From NCBI GenBank assembly GCA_034530615.2, contig JAVRCV020000015.1:160001-224000 (forward strand): a DNA stretch of 64,000 bases, read 5' to 3'. Made by a program: the position numbers and the translations under genes. Shown here one piece after another: positions 41,817 to 53,514 of this stretch. The notes beneath the pieces were generated by a model. That model ran no database searches, was not told the origin of the DNA, and saw only the letters and a program-made list of their open reading frames with translations. Every line of letters starts with the position of its first letter. The first letter of the stretch is position 1. The DNA comes from Aulosira sp. ZfuVER01. Its GTDB lineage: Bacteria > Cyanobacteriota > Cyanobacteriia > Cyanobacteriales > Nostocaceae.

Positions 41817-43499
41817 TTACGGAACGTTCACTAAATAGGTTGATGGAATTGCTGGCGCACGTCCAGCATTTACCAGTGCTTGGTAAACAAAGGCAGCAAC
41901 TTCTGCCCTAGTTGCATCACGATTAGGATTGAGTTGCTTAACTGTGGGATAGTTGATCACTAATTGCTTTGCAGTAGCAGCAGCAATTTGATTAAGTGCA
42001 TATTTGGGAATTTGGGCAGCATCAGTATAAAAACTGAGGATATTTTGATTGTCTGTAGTTAAACCTAGACCACTAGCTAAAGCTACTAGAGCTTGGACTC
42101 TGGGAATCTGCTGCTGTGGTTTAAAGGTTCCATCAGGATAGCCAGAAACAAATTGACTTTGGTAAGCAGATTTAATTGCTGCATAAGCCCAAAAATCGCT
42201 TTTGACATCTTTAAATTCAATGGCTGGGCGTTTAGCAGGCGGTGTCAAAGCTTTAGTAATAATAGTGGCGAATTGAGCGCGTGTTACAGGATCGTTCGGT
42301 TTAAAGGTGCCATCTGGAAAGCCAGCAATAATTTTTTGGGAGGCTAAGGCTTCGATATAGGCTTTTGCCCAGTAACCTGTTGGTACGTCGTTAAAAGCTG
42401 TAGCACCGCCAACCTCGGCGGCAACAAAATCTACTAAACCAGCGATGCGCTTTTGATCGATATCATTACCAATAGCGACAATCCTATTAGTTTTAGTAGC
42501 ATTGTTCAGATCGTAACGAGTGTTGTTGCGGATGAGATTGCCACCAGGATCTTCAGTAGTACCCAAGTTTGGTAGGGCATCAATAGTTGCGACAACGCCA
42601 TCTCGTTTATTGTTCTGAATAATATTCTTACGTAGGATGGGTTTAGCAGTTTCGGAGATAAAAAGCCCATCTTGGTTTTGGATTATTTGGTTTTCTGCAA
42701 CTAAAGGTGTGGAAGAGCCACCAATTGCAATACCAAAACCAGTATCCTGAAACAAGTTACCACGAATTTCTCCTTGAGCAGTTTTAGCCACCGAAACCCC
42801 ATTACCTGTGTTCTGCACAAAGATGTTATTTTCAATTTTGGGATTTCCTGAACCTGTGACAAAAACTCCCTCTCTGAGACTTTTAGTAAAAGTGTTATTT
42901 GTAATCACGGGATTAGTGGATTCTACCCATACACCTGTACCCCGTTGATTTGGGTTTGTGACACTAACACCTGCGATTGTCGTACTATTCTCAGCCAAAA
43001 TTGTAATGTCTTGTCTGGCAAATGTTTTACTGGTGTAAAAGCCTCCACCCGTAATTGATATTGCCTGACCTTTGTTTGATTCATCACCTCGCAGTGTTAC
43101 TCCTGGTTTTAGCAAGAGTGGGAAAGTTTCTCCACTTTGCTGATTATAAGTTCCAGGAGCTAGTTGTATGACTGTACCTGATTGAGCTTGACTTATAGCA
43201 AAGGTAATAGTTTTGTAAGGCGCAGCTTGTGTTGTACCACCACCAGTAGTATCTGCTCCCGTAGCTGGGTTAACGTAAATTACAGTTGCAGTTGCAGGAA
43301 CTTGGGCTGTCAGAGTTGGGTCGCTACTTTTCTGATGGATGGGATCGGCATTGGCTATACCAGGTAATACCGTGAAACTGCTGGAAACAACTAATGCAGT
43401 GGTGAGTCCGGCTCGTAGTGGTAGATGAGATCTGAGACTACTGCTAAAAACAGAGCGAAGATATTTCGCTGAAGAAATTTGAAAACCCCGATATTTCAT
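41817..43499 (-). CDS. DUF1565 beta-helix protein with C-terminal S-layer homology domains
   Basis: IYVNP..G.D, PYKTIT, GETFPL, parallel beta-helix repeats, SLH repeats (GFPDGTFKP, TRAEVAA). Confidence 0.9.
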   Translation of the reverse strand: MKYRGFQISSAKYLRSVFSSSLRSHLPLRAGLTTALVVSSSFTVLPGIANADPIHQKSSDPTLTAQVPATATVIYVNPATGADTTGGGTTQAAPYKTITFAISQAQSGTVIQLAPGTYNQQSGETFPLLLKPGVTLRGDESNKGQAISITGGGFYTSKTFARQDITILAENSTTIAGVSVTNPNQRGTGVWVESTNPVITNNTFTKSLREGVFVTGSGNPKIENNIFVQNTGNGVSVAKTAQGEIRGNLFQDTGFGIAIGGSSTPLVAENQIIQNQDGLFISETAKPILRKNIIQNNKRDGVVATIDALPNLGTTEDPGGNLIRNNTRYDLNNATKTNRIVAIGNDIDQKRIAGLVDFVAAEVGGATAFNDVPTGYWAKAYIEALASQKIIAGFPDGTFKPNDPVTRAQFATIITKALTPPAKRPAIEFKDVKSDFWAYAAIKSAYQSQFVSGYPDGTFKPQQQIPRVQALVALASGLGLTTDNQNILSFYTDAAQIPKYALNQIAAATAKQLVINYPTVKQLNPNRDATRAEVAAFVYQALVNAGRAPAIPSTYLVNVP

Positions 43500-43689
43500 T
43501 TTTTATGTCTGTGAAGTGCTGAATTATGTGACCTTTAAACAAGGTTACGGGTAGCAGCTATATAGATGCCAAACCCATGCAAAACTATACCGGATCGTTA
43601 GCGTTTGATCAGCTAAATTCTCAAATACCTAAATAAAAAACAGTTTTTATTTTGTTAAGTTTTAATAGTCTCAGAATTAATGCCATAAA

Positions 43690-43723
43690 TTAGGGTGCGT
43701 TAACGAAGTGTAACGCACCCTAA
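43690..43723. repeat. REP-like palindrome
   Basis: TTAGGGTGCGTTA-N8-TAACGCACCCTAA. Confidence 0.7.
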
Positions 43724-43874
43724 ATATAAATTTATACTTGGAAATCCCTATTGAAAAAGTATTAGGGTAGTGTAAATAATTTTAGATTTTCACAATATCT
43801 CAAGTGGAAGTTGAAGCAAAATACTACTGTCAACTTCATTATTTGCTAGCGACCTGGAAATAGTCACTTAATTT

Positions 43875-44072
43875 TTAGTAAGCTAGTGTTTCTAAAGTTT
43901 CTCGCAAATAACGTTGTACCTGCTGTTCTAAACGCAGCCCTTGTGATTGGATATCACGTTCTAGTTGCCAGCGTTGGAAACCGGAACTAGCGGCGATCGC
44001 GTATTTGAGGCTGTGCCAAATTTCACTATCATGAGTAAATTGGCGATCGCTGGAAGTTGGAATTTGAGCCAT
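43875..44072 (-). CDS. Conserved small cyanobacterial hypothetical protein
   Basis: AIAASSGFQRW...YLRETLETLAY pattern; GAGG Shine-Dalgarno-like site. Confidence 0.75.
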   Translation of the reverse strand: MAQIPTSSDRQFTHDSEIWHSLKYAIAASSGFQRWQLERDIQSQGLRLEQQVQRYLRETLETLAY

Positions 44073-44140
44073 AGTATCTCATTCCTCAGATTTAACTTCA
44101 AATCTAATACGATTTTACCTACATAAGACAGTAGATTTAC

Positions 44141-44794
44141 TTAATCTTCATCAGAGTTTTGCTCTAGGGGCAATTGTGTACTTGTATTCCTCCCGATTAG
44201 GGATTGAACTAACTGGGGCAATATGTTATTGACCCGTACCCCTACGATTGTAAAATCTTGCTGAATCTTCTCTAAAGGTAATGGTTCTATGGCAGCAAAT
44301 TCTGTGTCATTAGTCACTAAAATTCTGGCTATGCTCACGGGAATTTGCAAAAACAGATTGCTAGCGAAAAAAGCTAAAGCCGCCAGCAGCAATCCCACGC
44401 TGCGCCATTGAGGTAGAAAACTAGCCATGTTTGCTACTAGTGGTGCAGCTTGGTAGATCTGCCACAGTACCCCTAATAACAATATTGCTGCCAAAACGGT
44501 CAGCACGCGATTTAAATTTGTATTAATTAAACAAAGAATTTTTCGTTGCTGCTCAGTCAGATTTTCTGGCTTGAGTGCGACTCCCAAAATAGCAAATATG
44601 TAAAAAGGCCGACGGAATTGCATCCATAGGAGTGGCAACACTCCTATGGCAGCAACCAAAAATAACTCCATCCATACTGGTAAGAGTGGCTCACCTATGG
44701 ATAAGAAAAATAAACACAAAAACAAAAAAATTGGCAGCGTCGCTAAACCAGCGACGTGAATCCACAAGATAGGTTCGGAGCGAAATGAGGACAT
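44141..44794 (-). CDS. Cyanobacterial membrane protein (low-complexity-tail type)
   Basis: RSEPILWIH start, four TM helices, NLFLQIP. Confidence 0.75.
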   Translation of the reverse strand: MSSFRSEPILWIHVAGLATLPIFLFLCLFFLSIGEPLLPVWMELFLVAAIGVLPLLWMQFRRPFYIFAILGVALKPENLTEQQRKILCLINTNLNRVLTVLAAILLLGVLWQIYQAAPLVANMASFLPQWRSVGLLLAALAFFASNLFLQIPVSIARILVTNDTEFAAIEPLPLEKIQQDFTIVGVRVNNILPQLVQSLIGRNTSTQLPLEQNSDED

Positions 44795-44914
44795 AGCTAC
44801 ATTTTTCCCTTCTGAGTTATGGGTGCTGAGTTGTAAGTCTTAAGTTGCGAGTTTTGAGGATTAACTCAAGACTCAGAATCTTTTACTTAGAACTCAGCAC
44901 TAGTAGACTCAGCA

Positions 44915-47900
44915 CTACTTTGTCAGTGTCAAGGTACGACGTTTAGTGACCATTTGGTAGGCTTCGATGATGTCACCTTCAGCCCAATCATGGAATTTAT
45001 CAACACCAATACCGCATTCATAGCCTGCATTGACTTCGCGGGCATCTTCTTTCATCCGTTTTAGGGAATCAAGAACGCCTTCATAAATCACCTTACCGTT
45101 ACGACGTACCCGCAGTTTGCAGTTACGAACTAGCTTGCCAGATTGTACATAACAACCAGCAACCGCACCACGACCGACTGGGAAGACAGCACGGACTTCG
45201 GTTTGACCCAAAGATTCTTCCACCAATTCTGGTTCTAGCAGACCTTCCAAGGCTCCTTGAATATCTTCGAGGAGTTTGTAGATGATGTTGTATTCCCGCA
45301 CATCTACACCAGCTTCATCAGCTGCTTGTCTAGCTCCACTAGCATAGGTAGTGTTAAACCCGATGATCACGGCGTTACTAGCTGCGGCTAAGTCGATATC
45401 TGTCTCCGTGATTTCCCCAGCAGTAGCTAACAGCATCCTGATTTGAACTTCGTTTTGCGGAATTTGTCTCAGCGATCCCACAATAGCTTCTACTGAACCT
45501 TGTACGTCTGCTTTCAGAATCAAGTTGAGTTCTTTCAACTCGCCTTCTTGTGCTTGAGCCGACAGGGTTGTTAGGGTAACACGTCCTTGTAAGAGTCGAG
45601 ATTGACGTTGTTTGTCGGCGCGATCGCTGGCTAGGGAGCGTGCTTCTTTTTCGTTCGCGAAGACCTCGAACTCATCACCTGCTGCCGGTACATCGCTTAA
45701 CCCTAATACCTCCACAGCAAACGAAGGACTAGCAACTTCTACTCTTCTGCCTCTGTCATCGACCATTGCCCGGACTTTACCGAATGCCGAGCCTGCTACT
45801 AACATATCGCCTACATGGAGCGTACCATTTTGAATTAACAAGGTAGCAACTGCTCCCTTTGCCTTATCCAAATGAGCTTCAATCACAGTTCCTTTAGCAA
45901 CACGGTCTGGGTTGGCAGATAGTTCGGCTACTTCTGCTACCAAGAGAATCATTTCTAGGAGTGTATCTAGGTTTTCGCCCTTGATCGCACTCACCGGAAC
46001 CATAATTGTCTCACCACCCCAGTCTTCTGCGGTTAGACCATAGTTAGTAAGTTCTTGTTTGACGCGCTCTGGTTGTGCCCCTTCTTTGTCAATCTTGTTA
46101 ATGGCAACGACAATTGGGACTCCAGCAGCCTGAGCATGACTAATCGCTTCAATGGTTTGCGGACGAACGCCATCATCAGCAGCGACTACCAAAACGGCAA
46201 TGTCTGTGACTCTTGCTCCCCGTGCCCGCATCGCGGTAAAAGCTTCGTGACCGGGGGTATCGAGGAATACTATTTGATGTGGCTGACCTTCATGTTCGAT
46301 ATCAACATGGTATGCACCAATGTGCTGAGTAATACCACCAGCTTCGCCTGCTGCCACTTTGGTTTTGCGAATTGAATCCAGCAGCGTAGTTTTACCGTGG
46401 TCTACGTGACCCATAATTGTCACTACTGGCGGACGACGATGGAGATTTTCCATGTCTGCCAAATCCAGCATTTCTGTGACTTTGCGGGCTTCTGCTTCTG
46501 GTTCGGCAGTTTCTACTTCTACTTCTAGCTCTTTTGCTACCAAAGTAATTGTAGGAATATCTAGGTTTTGGGTGATACTCACTGCCATGCCTTTCATGAA
46601 CAGGATTTTTACAATCTCTGTATCAGCAACAGCTAGTAGGTCAGCTAGTTCTTGTACTGTCAGCGGGCCTGTAACCACCACTTTTTCTGGGCGCTCGCGC
46701 TTGGTCTCTACTTCTTGGCGACGATTTTGGTCTCGGCTGGAAGTTGACTTTTTACCTCTAGCTGTTGGGCTAGCAATAGCTATTGCTGGTTGCTGTGCAG
46801 GTCGAGCTGCCTTTGGTTTGGGCGGACGGGCAATAGAAAGACTGACCTGGACTGTAGCTGGAATTTCCAGACCTTCTTCATCCAGTAAATCTTCTTCCTC
46901 AAAATCATCATCTAAGACGGGTTTAACCCGCTTGCCTTTAACGCCTGCCTTGCCAGGCTTTTCTTTGATTTCATCAATAATTTCTTCTTCTTGCCACTTT
47001 TTACCACCTTTTGCTGGACGTGGTGGTGTAGGGCGTTTTAAATCAAGAATATCGGTAGGAATCGGCTCATCAACTGTCGCTGCTTTCCCTTGTCCACCTT
47101 GCATCGGTCTTGGTGGCGTAGCAATCGGCATGGCCGCTACGGCTTCACTCGGACGTACTGGTCTGCTAGGCCGTTGGGTGTCTCCAAATGGTGCTGGTGC
47201 AGAAGGAGGTCGATTTGTCCTGTGTTCTGGTTTGACTGGACCTGGAGTAGGACGAGCCTGTTTTTGTGGTACAGACTGTGGTGCAGTTTGGTCTGTAGTT
47301 GCTTTGCCAGATCTAGGTTTAACTTGTTCGCGTTCGTCTTCGACGCGCCTTTGGCGTTCACGCTTAAGGATCGGCTTATCTGCCTGACTGAGCTGCTCTG
47401 ATTCTAGCGCTGCTTCTGCCACAGGTCTTGAAGGTGGAGCAACTAATTGAGGTTTTTGCGGTTTTTCTGGTTTCTGTCTGGATGGAACTGTTTTTTCCGA
47501 TTTTTCCGCAACTACTTTTTCTTTTGGCTGTGGATTAGGCGTTTGCTCCGCCTCTGTGACAGCTGGTTGCTGTGGGGTCTCAGATAGATTCCGGGGTACG
47601 GGTCGAGTTGGTGCCGTCGGCTGCATGGGTGAGACTGGTGTAGCGAAGGGCCTTGGAGGTGAAAGAGGATTAACTTCAGACGAAGCAGTTTGGGTATTAG
47701 TAGCAACTGACGCCTCTGAGGCGTTTGGAGTAGTATTTCTCAATATTTTGGGTTTACGAATTTCCAAAATTTGTTGTTTGTGGGGTAGGGCAGGTCGGTT
47801 TCTTGAGCCAGCTTGTGGCGCGGTTGTTTGATGGGTGGTTATACTTGTTTCTTTTCTATGGGTTCCATTAGTAACTGCGAGTTTTTCCGCAGCTAAACGG

Positions 47901-48043
47901 ATGCGTTCTGCCTCCGAATCTGAAATTGTACTGCTATGGCTTTTGACCGCAATGTTGAGCTGGTCGCATATTGCTAATAGCTCTTTGTTATCCAAATTCA
48001 ATTCCTTTGATAATTCATAGATTCTAACTTTGCCGTTGTTCAT
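44915..48043 (-). CDS. infB: Translation initiation factor IF-2
   Basis: [39 protein letters not shown]. Confidence 0.99.
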   Translation of the reverse strand: MNNGKVRIYELSKELNLDNKELLAICDQLNIAVKSHSSTISDSEAERIRLAAEKLAVTNGTHRKETSITTHQTTAPQAGSRNRPALPHKQQILEIRKPKILRNTTPNASEASVATNTQTASSEVNPLSPPRPFATPVSPMQPTAPTRPVPRNLSETPQQPAVTEAEQTPNPQPKEKVVAEKSEKTVPSRQKPEKPQKPQLVAPPSRPVAEAALESEQLSQADKPILKRERQRRVEDEREQVKPRSGKATTDQTAPQSVPQKQARPTPGPVKPEHRTNRPPSAPAPFGDTQRPSRPVRPSEAVAAMPIATPPRPMQGGQGKAATVDEPIPTDILDLKRPTPPRPAKGGKKWQEEEIIDEIKEKPGKAGVKGKRVKPVLDDDFEEEDLLDEEGLEIPATVQVSLSIARPPKPKAARPAQQPAIAIASPTARGKKSTSSRDQNRRQEVETKRERPEKVVVTGPLTVQELADLLAVADTEIVKILFMKGMAVSITQNLDIPTITLVAKELEVEVETAEPEAEARKVTEMLDLADMENLHRRPPVVTIMGHVDHGKTTLLDSIRKTKVAAGEAGGITQHIGAYHVDIEHEGQPHQIVFLDTPGHEAFTAMRARGARVTDIAVLVVAADDGVRPQTIEAISHAQAAGVPIVVAINKIDKEGAQPERVKQELTNYGLTAEDWGGETIMVPVSAIKGENLDTLLEMILLVAEVAELSANPDRVAKGTVIEAHLDKAKGAVATLLIQNGTLHVGDMLVAGSAFGKVRAMVDDRGRRVEVASPSFAVEVLGLSDVPAAGDEFEVFANEKEARSLASDRADKQRQSRLLQGRVTLTTLSAQAQEGELKELNLILKADVQGSVEAIVGSLRQIPQNEVQIRMLLATAGEITETDIDLAAASNAVIIGFNTTYASGARQAADEAGVDVREYNIIYKLLEDIQGALEGLLEPELVEESLGQTEVRAVFPVGRGAVAGCYVQSGKLVRNCKLRVRRNGKVIYEGVLDSLKRMKEDAREVNAGYECGIGVDKFHDWAEGDIIEAYQMVTKRRTLTLTK

Positions 48044-48465
48044 CCACTCTTCCCCTTTAATTTACAGTTTTAGCGGATGGTTGCCTGGTTTGTGACATCT
48101 CCATCCTTCGATTACTGTTTTTTGGTTGCCGTTTAGATTTTGTCGGTGCCTCCAATCAGGAAAGAGAGATGTCTCGGGTTAATTTTGGCATCCCCACCAG
48201 TAATGATGATGGATACCAAATCGCGCCTGAGCGCTACCAGGTTGCCATTTTGTAGTTTTTTGTTTTGCTGATTCTGAGTCTTCCACAACACAATCGAGTA
48301 AAACTTGTGGGGTATTGCTCCGCCTCTTCTAATTGTATGAGAGCCGTATGTCAACTACACCCCTTTACTATTTTGGCACTAACCCCAGCAATCAAGAGAG
48401 TATGTCTTGCTAGCACTAGTTCGGCTATTGGCACATTTCCTCTAGGGATTACCGCCACAAATTTC

Positions 48466-48741
48466 TTAAACTAAAATTTGATTTTGGTTATTGCTTTTGG
48501 CTAGACGCTGCCACAATGTTTGATACAGTGTTTCTGGCACCGTTGCATGTAGCGATCGCCCTAGTCGATTTTTTTTCTGAGCCGCTTGTAAGCAGCTAGT
48601 TTCTGGGCAAATATAAGCAGAACGCCCCATGCCCTCATCTAATTGTACCGTTCCCGACGGAAAGACGCGGACAATCCGCCAAAACTCTTCTTTTAGTGAT
48701 ACTTGGCGGCAACTAATACATCGCCGATAATTCGGTTTCAT
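48466..48741 (-). CDS. ylxR: YlxR/RnpM family RNA-binding protein
   Basis: RRCISC, GRSAYIC; position between nusA and infB. Confidence 0.9.
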   Translation of the reverse strand: MKPNYRRCISCRQVSLKEEFWRIVRVFPSGTVQLDEGMGRSAYICPETSCLQAAQKKNRLGRSLHATVPETLYQTLWQRLAKSNNQNQILV

Positions 48742-48888
48742 TGCTTTTGTGCTACCTCACCTCAGCAGTCTGGCTTAGAAAATAGTGGCTTTCCATCTAT
48801 CTTTACTTGTACCAAGTTGCTAAATCCAAGGTAATTATCAATAAATTTCCTGTAAAAAACATTACCAAAACTGCATGAGATCCACAAA

Positions 48889-50187
48889 CTACTCGTCATC
48901 GTTATTGTCAAAAGAGTCATCCTCTAATTCTAATTCTTCCTGATTTTCTTCATTTTCTAACTCCGATAGATCTAATCCCTCTTCATCTTCTTCTTGTTCT
49001 TGTTCTGCTTGATATTTTGCACGAACTGCGACAAATTTAGCATCTTCTGCGGCATGGTCGTATTTAGCTTTATCTTTAATGTCAATCTTCCAACCAGTCA
49101 GACGGGCTGCTAAACGGACATTCTGTCCTTCTTTACCAATTGCCAAGCTAAGTTGATCTTCAGCTACTAGTACGTGTGTCTGCCTAGTTTCTGGGTCCAT
49201 AAGGCGTACTTCGTCCACCCTTGCTGGACTCAAAGCATTAGCAATGTAAGTTGCTGGGTCTGGCGACCAGCGGATGACATCAATTTTTTCACCACGTAAT
49301 TCGTTAACTACCACTTGAATTCGCGATCCCCGCGCACCGATACAAGCTCCAACTGGGTCTACATCGCGATCTAGGGTATCAACAGCAATTTTAGTTCTAG
49401 GCCCTACGTAACGAGAAGGGGGATTGGCTTCTCGCGCTACGGCTACAATCCGCACTACTTCATCTTCTATTTCTGGGACTTCGTTAGCAAATAAATAAAC
49501 TACCAAACCAGCATCAGCCCGTGATACTAATAACTGCGGTCCTCTTTGCTGTCCTTGAGAAACTTTTTTGAGATACACCTTAAAGGTGGCATTTGCTCGA
49601 TAATTATCGTTAGGCAGTTGTTCCCGTTTTGGTAATTCCGCTTCTACTTCTGGTTGACCAAAACCACTGCTAACAGCCAAAATGACTGATTGCCGTTCAA
49701 ATCGCAGCACTCGTGCCTGTAAAACAGTACTTTCCAAATCTTGAAATTCTTCTTGCACCATCTGGCGTTGCTGATCCCGCAATTTTTGGGCAAGTACTTG
49801 CTTGGTTTGCATTGCTGCCATCCGACCAAATTCACCTTGGTCTGGGGTGACATCCAGCACTACAGAGTCTCCCAACTGAGCTTCGGGTGCTACTTGTTGC
49901 ACTTCATCTAGAGATATCTGATGGTCGGAGTTACTGACCTCTTCAACAATGGTTTTAGTGGAAAGAACGCGGAAACCTTCTCCTTCGATATCGAGTTCTA
50001 CCTCAAAATTATCAAAGTAATCTTCATCAAACTGTTTGCGCTCTAAATTTTGGGCACGACGATAACGTTCGTAACCTTTGAGCAATGCTTCTCTAATTGC
50101 TGATTGAACTGCAAGCCGAGGTAAATTACGCTCACGACTTATACTTTCAATTAAATCTTTTAATCCCGGTAAAGTAACCATTGACAT
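48889..50187 (-). CDS. nusA: Transcription elongation factor NusA
   Basis: FGRMAA, S1 domain, EVPEI, DPVGACIGARG, AIGKEGQNVRLA. Confidence 0.98.
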   Translation of the reverse strand: MSMVTLPGLKDLIESISRERNLPRLAVQSAIREALLKGYERYRRAQNLERKQFDEDYFDNFEVELDIEGEGFRVLSTKTIVEEVSNSDHQISLDEVQQVAPEAQLGDSVVLDVTPDQGEFGRMAAMQTKQVLAQKLRDQQRQMVQEEFQDLESTVLQARVLRFERQSVILAVSSGFGQPEVEAELPKREQLPNDNYRANATFKVYLKKVSQGQQRGPQLLVSRADAGLVVYLFANEVPEIEDEVVRIVAVAREANPPSRYVGPRTKIAVDTLDRDVDPVGACIGARGSRIQVVVNELRGEKIDVIRWSPDPATYIANALSPARVDEVRLMDPETRQTHVLVAEDQLSLAIGKEGQNVRLAARLTGWKIDIKDKAKYDHAAEDAKFVAVRAKYQAEQEQEEDEEGLDLSELENEENQEELELEDDSFDNNDDE

Positions 50188-50365
50188 AAGCAATCTCCTT
50201 AAATTTTATGTAAGCACCCAGCACAATTTTGGATTTTAAATTTGGAAATTTAGATTAAATAATCAAGATTGGTGATGATAATTGGCTGGTAATAGTGCCT
50301 CAGCCCTACTACCAACTTCTTGCCCAGCCACCAATCCAAAATCTAAATCTAAAATCTAAAATCGA

Positions 50366-50827
50366 TTAACGGCGTTCATCCAACTGCACCCTAGTAATTA
50401 GGCTGCGGGGGATTTCAACTACACGACCTTTTTGGTTTAAGTAAACTGTTTTCTCATCCCGGCGAATCAACTGACCTATCCACTCTTGCTGTCCGTCGTA
50501 GGGTGGGGAAGTGGAGATGATTACAGCAAATCCTTTGAAGGAAATAAATTCCCTGTCTGTTACCAGTTGCCGCGAAATACCAGGACTAGACACTTCCAAG
50601 ACATAGGTATCTGGAATGATTTCCACCGCATCTAAAGAGGCTTCTAAAGCACGGCTCATTCGCTCACAATCATCTAATCCAGTGTCTTGCTGGGGATTAC
50701 GAATATCTACCCGCAAAACTGGCGGACGTTGGTTAGTATGAAAAACCACGCCAACGACTTCTAACCCCAGTTCTTCTGCTACTGGTGTCGCCAATTCAAT
50801 GATTTGTGGGACTAAGGGATGAGTCAT
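50366..50827 (-). CDS. rimP: Ribosome maturation factor RimP
   Basis: [17 protein letters not shown] of MTHPLVPQ at 50827. Confidence 0.95.
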   Translation of the reverse strand: MTHPLVPQIIELATPVAEELGLEVVGVVFHTNQRPPVLRVDIRNPQQDTGLDDCERMSRALEASLDAVEIIPDTYVLEVSSPGISRQLVTDREFISFKGFAVIISTSPPYDGQQEWIGQLIRRDEKTVYLNQKGRVVEIPRSLITRVQLDERR

Positions 50828-50840
50828 GCAAAAATCCAAT

Positions 50841-50867
50841 AAAAAAAGTGGGCATCGACCCACTTCC
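50841..50867 (-). promoter_or_regulatory. rimP leader hairpin
   Basis: Minus strand GGAAGTGGG-TCGATG-CCCACTTTTTTT just upstream of the rimP start; matches the known rimP-leader stem. Confidence 0.7.
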
Positions 50868-51086
50868 TGCGATAGGGATATCTTCCAAGAAGTCTTGTGA
50901 CGAGCCAAATAAGGCTCGACCTACTCTGAGTTTAGCGCATTTCTTTTGGAGGGAGTAGGAAGAAATTATTATATAGTCATTTGTCAACAGTCAATGGGCA
51001 ATGCGCATGGGGCATTGGGCAATAGTTATTTCTTTCCTCCCCTGTCTCCCTTGTCTTCCTTGTCTTCTCTATCCCCCTTATATCTC

Positions 51087-52529
51087 TTACTTGTCTCTCG
51101 TTGTCAGCGCACCACCACTTACCATTGGCTGAAATGGGACTTTTGTGCGTAACTGCCTGGTTTGTTCGACAATTTGGTCTATATCTTCTTGAGATAAGCG
51201 CTGAACATAGTTAAGTTTGACTTCTTCTAAGAAGTCGAAAAGCAAACTCTGAATTTCGGAAAGTACTTGTTTTTTCTGTACTTCTGCACCTAAAGCTTGG
51301 GTGAAGCGTTCTACTAGTTTGCTGGTGAGTTTTGCCGCTACGGGATCTTGGACTGCACTGACTACAGCATTGTAAAGGTTAGTTGTAATTTGGGTAGCCA
51401 GTTGCTCGCTAATCTGGGTTTGTGTTTGTCCTACACCAGGGAGCATTTGCAAGTTGCGATACATGGGCAATTGCTGAAAAACAGTGTCGATGTTGTGGCG
51501 CAAAATGGCGGTGAGTTCTGGTTGGATTTGCGGCAGTACTTGGTAGACGACGGTTTGCACTAAAATACTAGCGATCGCTTCTATTTCATTGACATTATTA
51601 ATATCTATATATTGGCGTACATTCTCTTGCTGCATTAACCAGCGTGTGAACTCTCCTTGCTGAATTGATCCCTGAATTTGGTTAATTACCCTCACCACCA
51701 CAATTTCAGTGATTTCTTCGGCAAAGTTGGCGACAATTCCTTGATTAATTTGCCGCCATACTGGACGTAAATTGAATAACCTTGCTCGATCGAGGCGAAT
51801 GACGACAGGAATAACTCGCAACCATCGCCAAAACGGCAACAATAATAATAAATCGTACCAACGCCACAATACCGCATCTAGCCAGCTAAAACCGGGATGG
51901 CTGCGTCTGATATAAAAGCACCGTACTAGTAACTCTAAAGCGAATAAACCGACAAAGGGTAAGTCAAGTAGCCAAAAATTATCCAGAAGTTCGCCATCTT
52001 CTCCGATACGGCGGTAATAGTTTGTGGAAATTTGGGGTCGGATTTTTTGGTTAAAAAAGCTAATTTCTTGATTCCAACCCTTTTGAGATAAATATGCTTG
52101 ACTCCAAAAAATTCTAAAAGCAAGCTTTGCAGATTCTTGATGGGTGCGATCGCGCATCCTGTTTTTGATTTTTTCTAAAGTCCCACTCTTACCCACGGCT
52201 GCAAAGGGATTGCTGTCAATCATCTCTGTGCTGAGTCGGCTAATTTCCTCCAGTTTGGTTTGTACCTGAGGCGACTGTAACCCTGTTTGGCTTACTTGTT
52301 CTTCTAATGCGGCTACTGTTTTTAGATAGTTATTTGTCTCTCGATGGGCTTCAATTCCCTTAATGGGGTCATAAATTTGGGTAATTTGCGGTAACCTCCG
52401 CCAATAAAAATCACGCCAAGGTACGTAACTTAAATTAAACAAAACTAAGCACAAATTTACTGTGGCAGTCATTGCCATCAATCTTTCAAAGTAAAGTTGC
52501 GATCGCTTTAACGGTTTAAGATTAGCCAT
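51087..52529 (-). CDS. Conserved cyanobacterial membrane protein of unknown function
   Basis: 480-aa ORF with TM segments, YDPIKGIEAHR, NPF, RWYD...PFWRWLR. Confidence 0.75.
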   Translation of the reverse strand: MANLKPLKRSQLYFERLMAMTATVNLCLVLFNLSYVPWRDFYWRRLPQITQIYDPIKGIEAHRETNNYLKTVAALEEQVSQTGLQSPQVQTKLEEISRLSTEMIDSNPFAAVGKSGTLEKIKNRMRDRTHQESAKLAFRIFWSQAYLSQKGWNQEISFFNQKIRPQISTNYYRRIGEDGELLDNFWLLDLPFVGLFALELLVRCFYIRRSHPGFSWLDAVLWRWYDLLLLLPFWRWLRVIPVVIRLDRARLFNLRPVWRQINQGIVANFAEEITEIVVVRVINQIQGSIQQGEFTRWLMQQENVRQYIDINNVNEIEAIASILVQTVVYQVLPQIQPELTAILRHNIDTVFQQLPMYRNLQMLPGVGQTQTQISEQLATQITTNLYNAVVSAVQDPVAAKLTSKLVERFTQALGAEVQKKQVLSEIQSLLFDFLEEVKLNYVQRLSQEDIDQIVEQTRQLRTKVPFQPMVSGGALTTRDK

Positions 52530-52790
52530 TTTTTAGTGTTGAATTATACAGTGAATGTATTTAATTCTTTAAATTATATAGTTTGAGAGCTTTCTAAAGT
52601 TCCCGGTTATTTATTAAAAATCTTTCTTTAGAAGGATGAAAAAATGTTAATTAAATATTAGTTAAATTAACCAATCAAACTATTTTTAATCAAAAATCAT
52701 TAATAATTGCGAAAATCGATGTTAAAGAAACTTAAAATGCTCGTGTAAGCCTTTATATTCTGCTGATTTAACCCAAAGGAGTTTAATTTT

Positions 52791-53483
52791 ATGTGGTGTG
52801 GCTTTGGAAAATCAAGCGTTACCATTGCTACTGCTTGCCTAATAACAGCGAGCGTGGTAGCTTCAAATACTTCTTTTGCTGCTCGCCAGCGTAACTACTC
52901 GCCACAGCAGTTCCGTGCTGTGTTACATGGCTTGGGCTATAAAGTAACCGTAAACAATTCACCCTTGACGGATACCGAAACAAAAAAAGCAATTAGTGAA
53001 TTTCAAAAGGGATATAAGTTAAATGTAGATGGCATAGCAGGCCCAAAAACTCAAGATTGGGCGGCGCAGATAGTTCAAATTTTGCAGGCAAATTTGAATG
53101 CAGTAGTTAAGCCCAAAACTCCCTTACCCCGCGATCAATTTTATGGCCCGCAAACGGAGGCGTTGGTAAAGGAAGCTCAGAAAAAATTTCAGTTACAAGA
53201 AACTGGCATTGCTGATTTAGCATTCCGCCAAAAGCTGAATCAAGAGGCTAAGTCAGCCATAGGCCAGCCGACAACCGAGCCAACACCTGCGCCGACGGCA
53301 ACACCAACATCATCACCTACACCGACACCTAAGCCGACAACTAAACCAACCACGAAGCCAACACCTAAGCCATCAGTTAGACCAACAGCTAAACCGACGG
53401 CGACACCAACAGCTAAACCGACGGCGACACCAACACCAACGCCTACATCGACGGCGACACCAACACCAACATCTACACCATAA
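52791..53483 (+). CDS. Peptidoglycan-binding domain protein with Pro/Thr-rich tail
   Basis: Signal peptide; AI.EFQ...L.VDGIAGPKT and YGPQTEA PG-binding repeats. Confidence 0.85.
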   Translation: MWCGFGKSSVTIATACLITASVVASNTSFAARQRNYSPQQFRAVLHGLGYKVTVNNSPLTDTETKKAISEFQKGYKLNVDGIAGPKTQDWAAQIVQILQANLNAVVKPKTPLPRDQFYGPQTEALVKEAQKKFQLQETGIADLAFRQKLNQEAKSAIGQPTTEPTPAPTATPTSSPTPTPKPTTKPTTKPTPKPSVRPTAKPTATPTAKPTATPTPTPTSTATPTPTSTP

Positions 53484-53514
53484 GAGTTCCCACTAAAATA
53501 ATGGCCTTAGAGTG

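Noticed and set aside
46452..47387. 311-aa plus-strand ORF and other shadow ORFs opposite infB, psaAB, proA and the aldehyde dehydrogenase
   Set aside because: Antisense to well-supported genes and lacking recognisable motifs.
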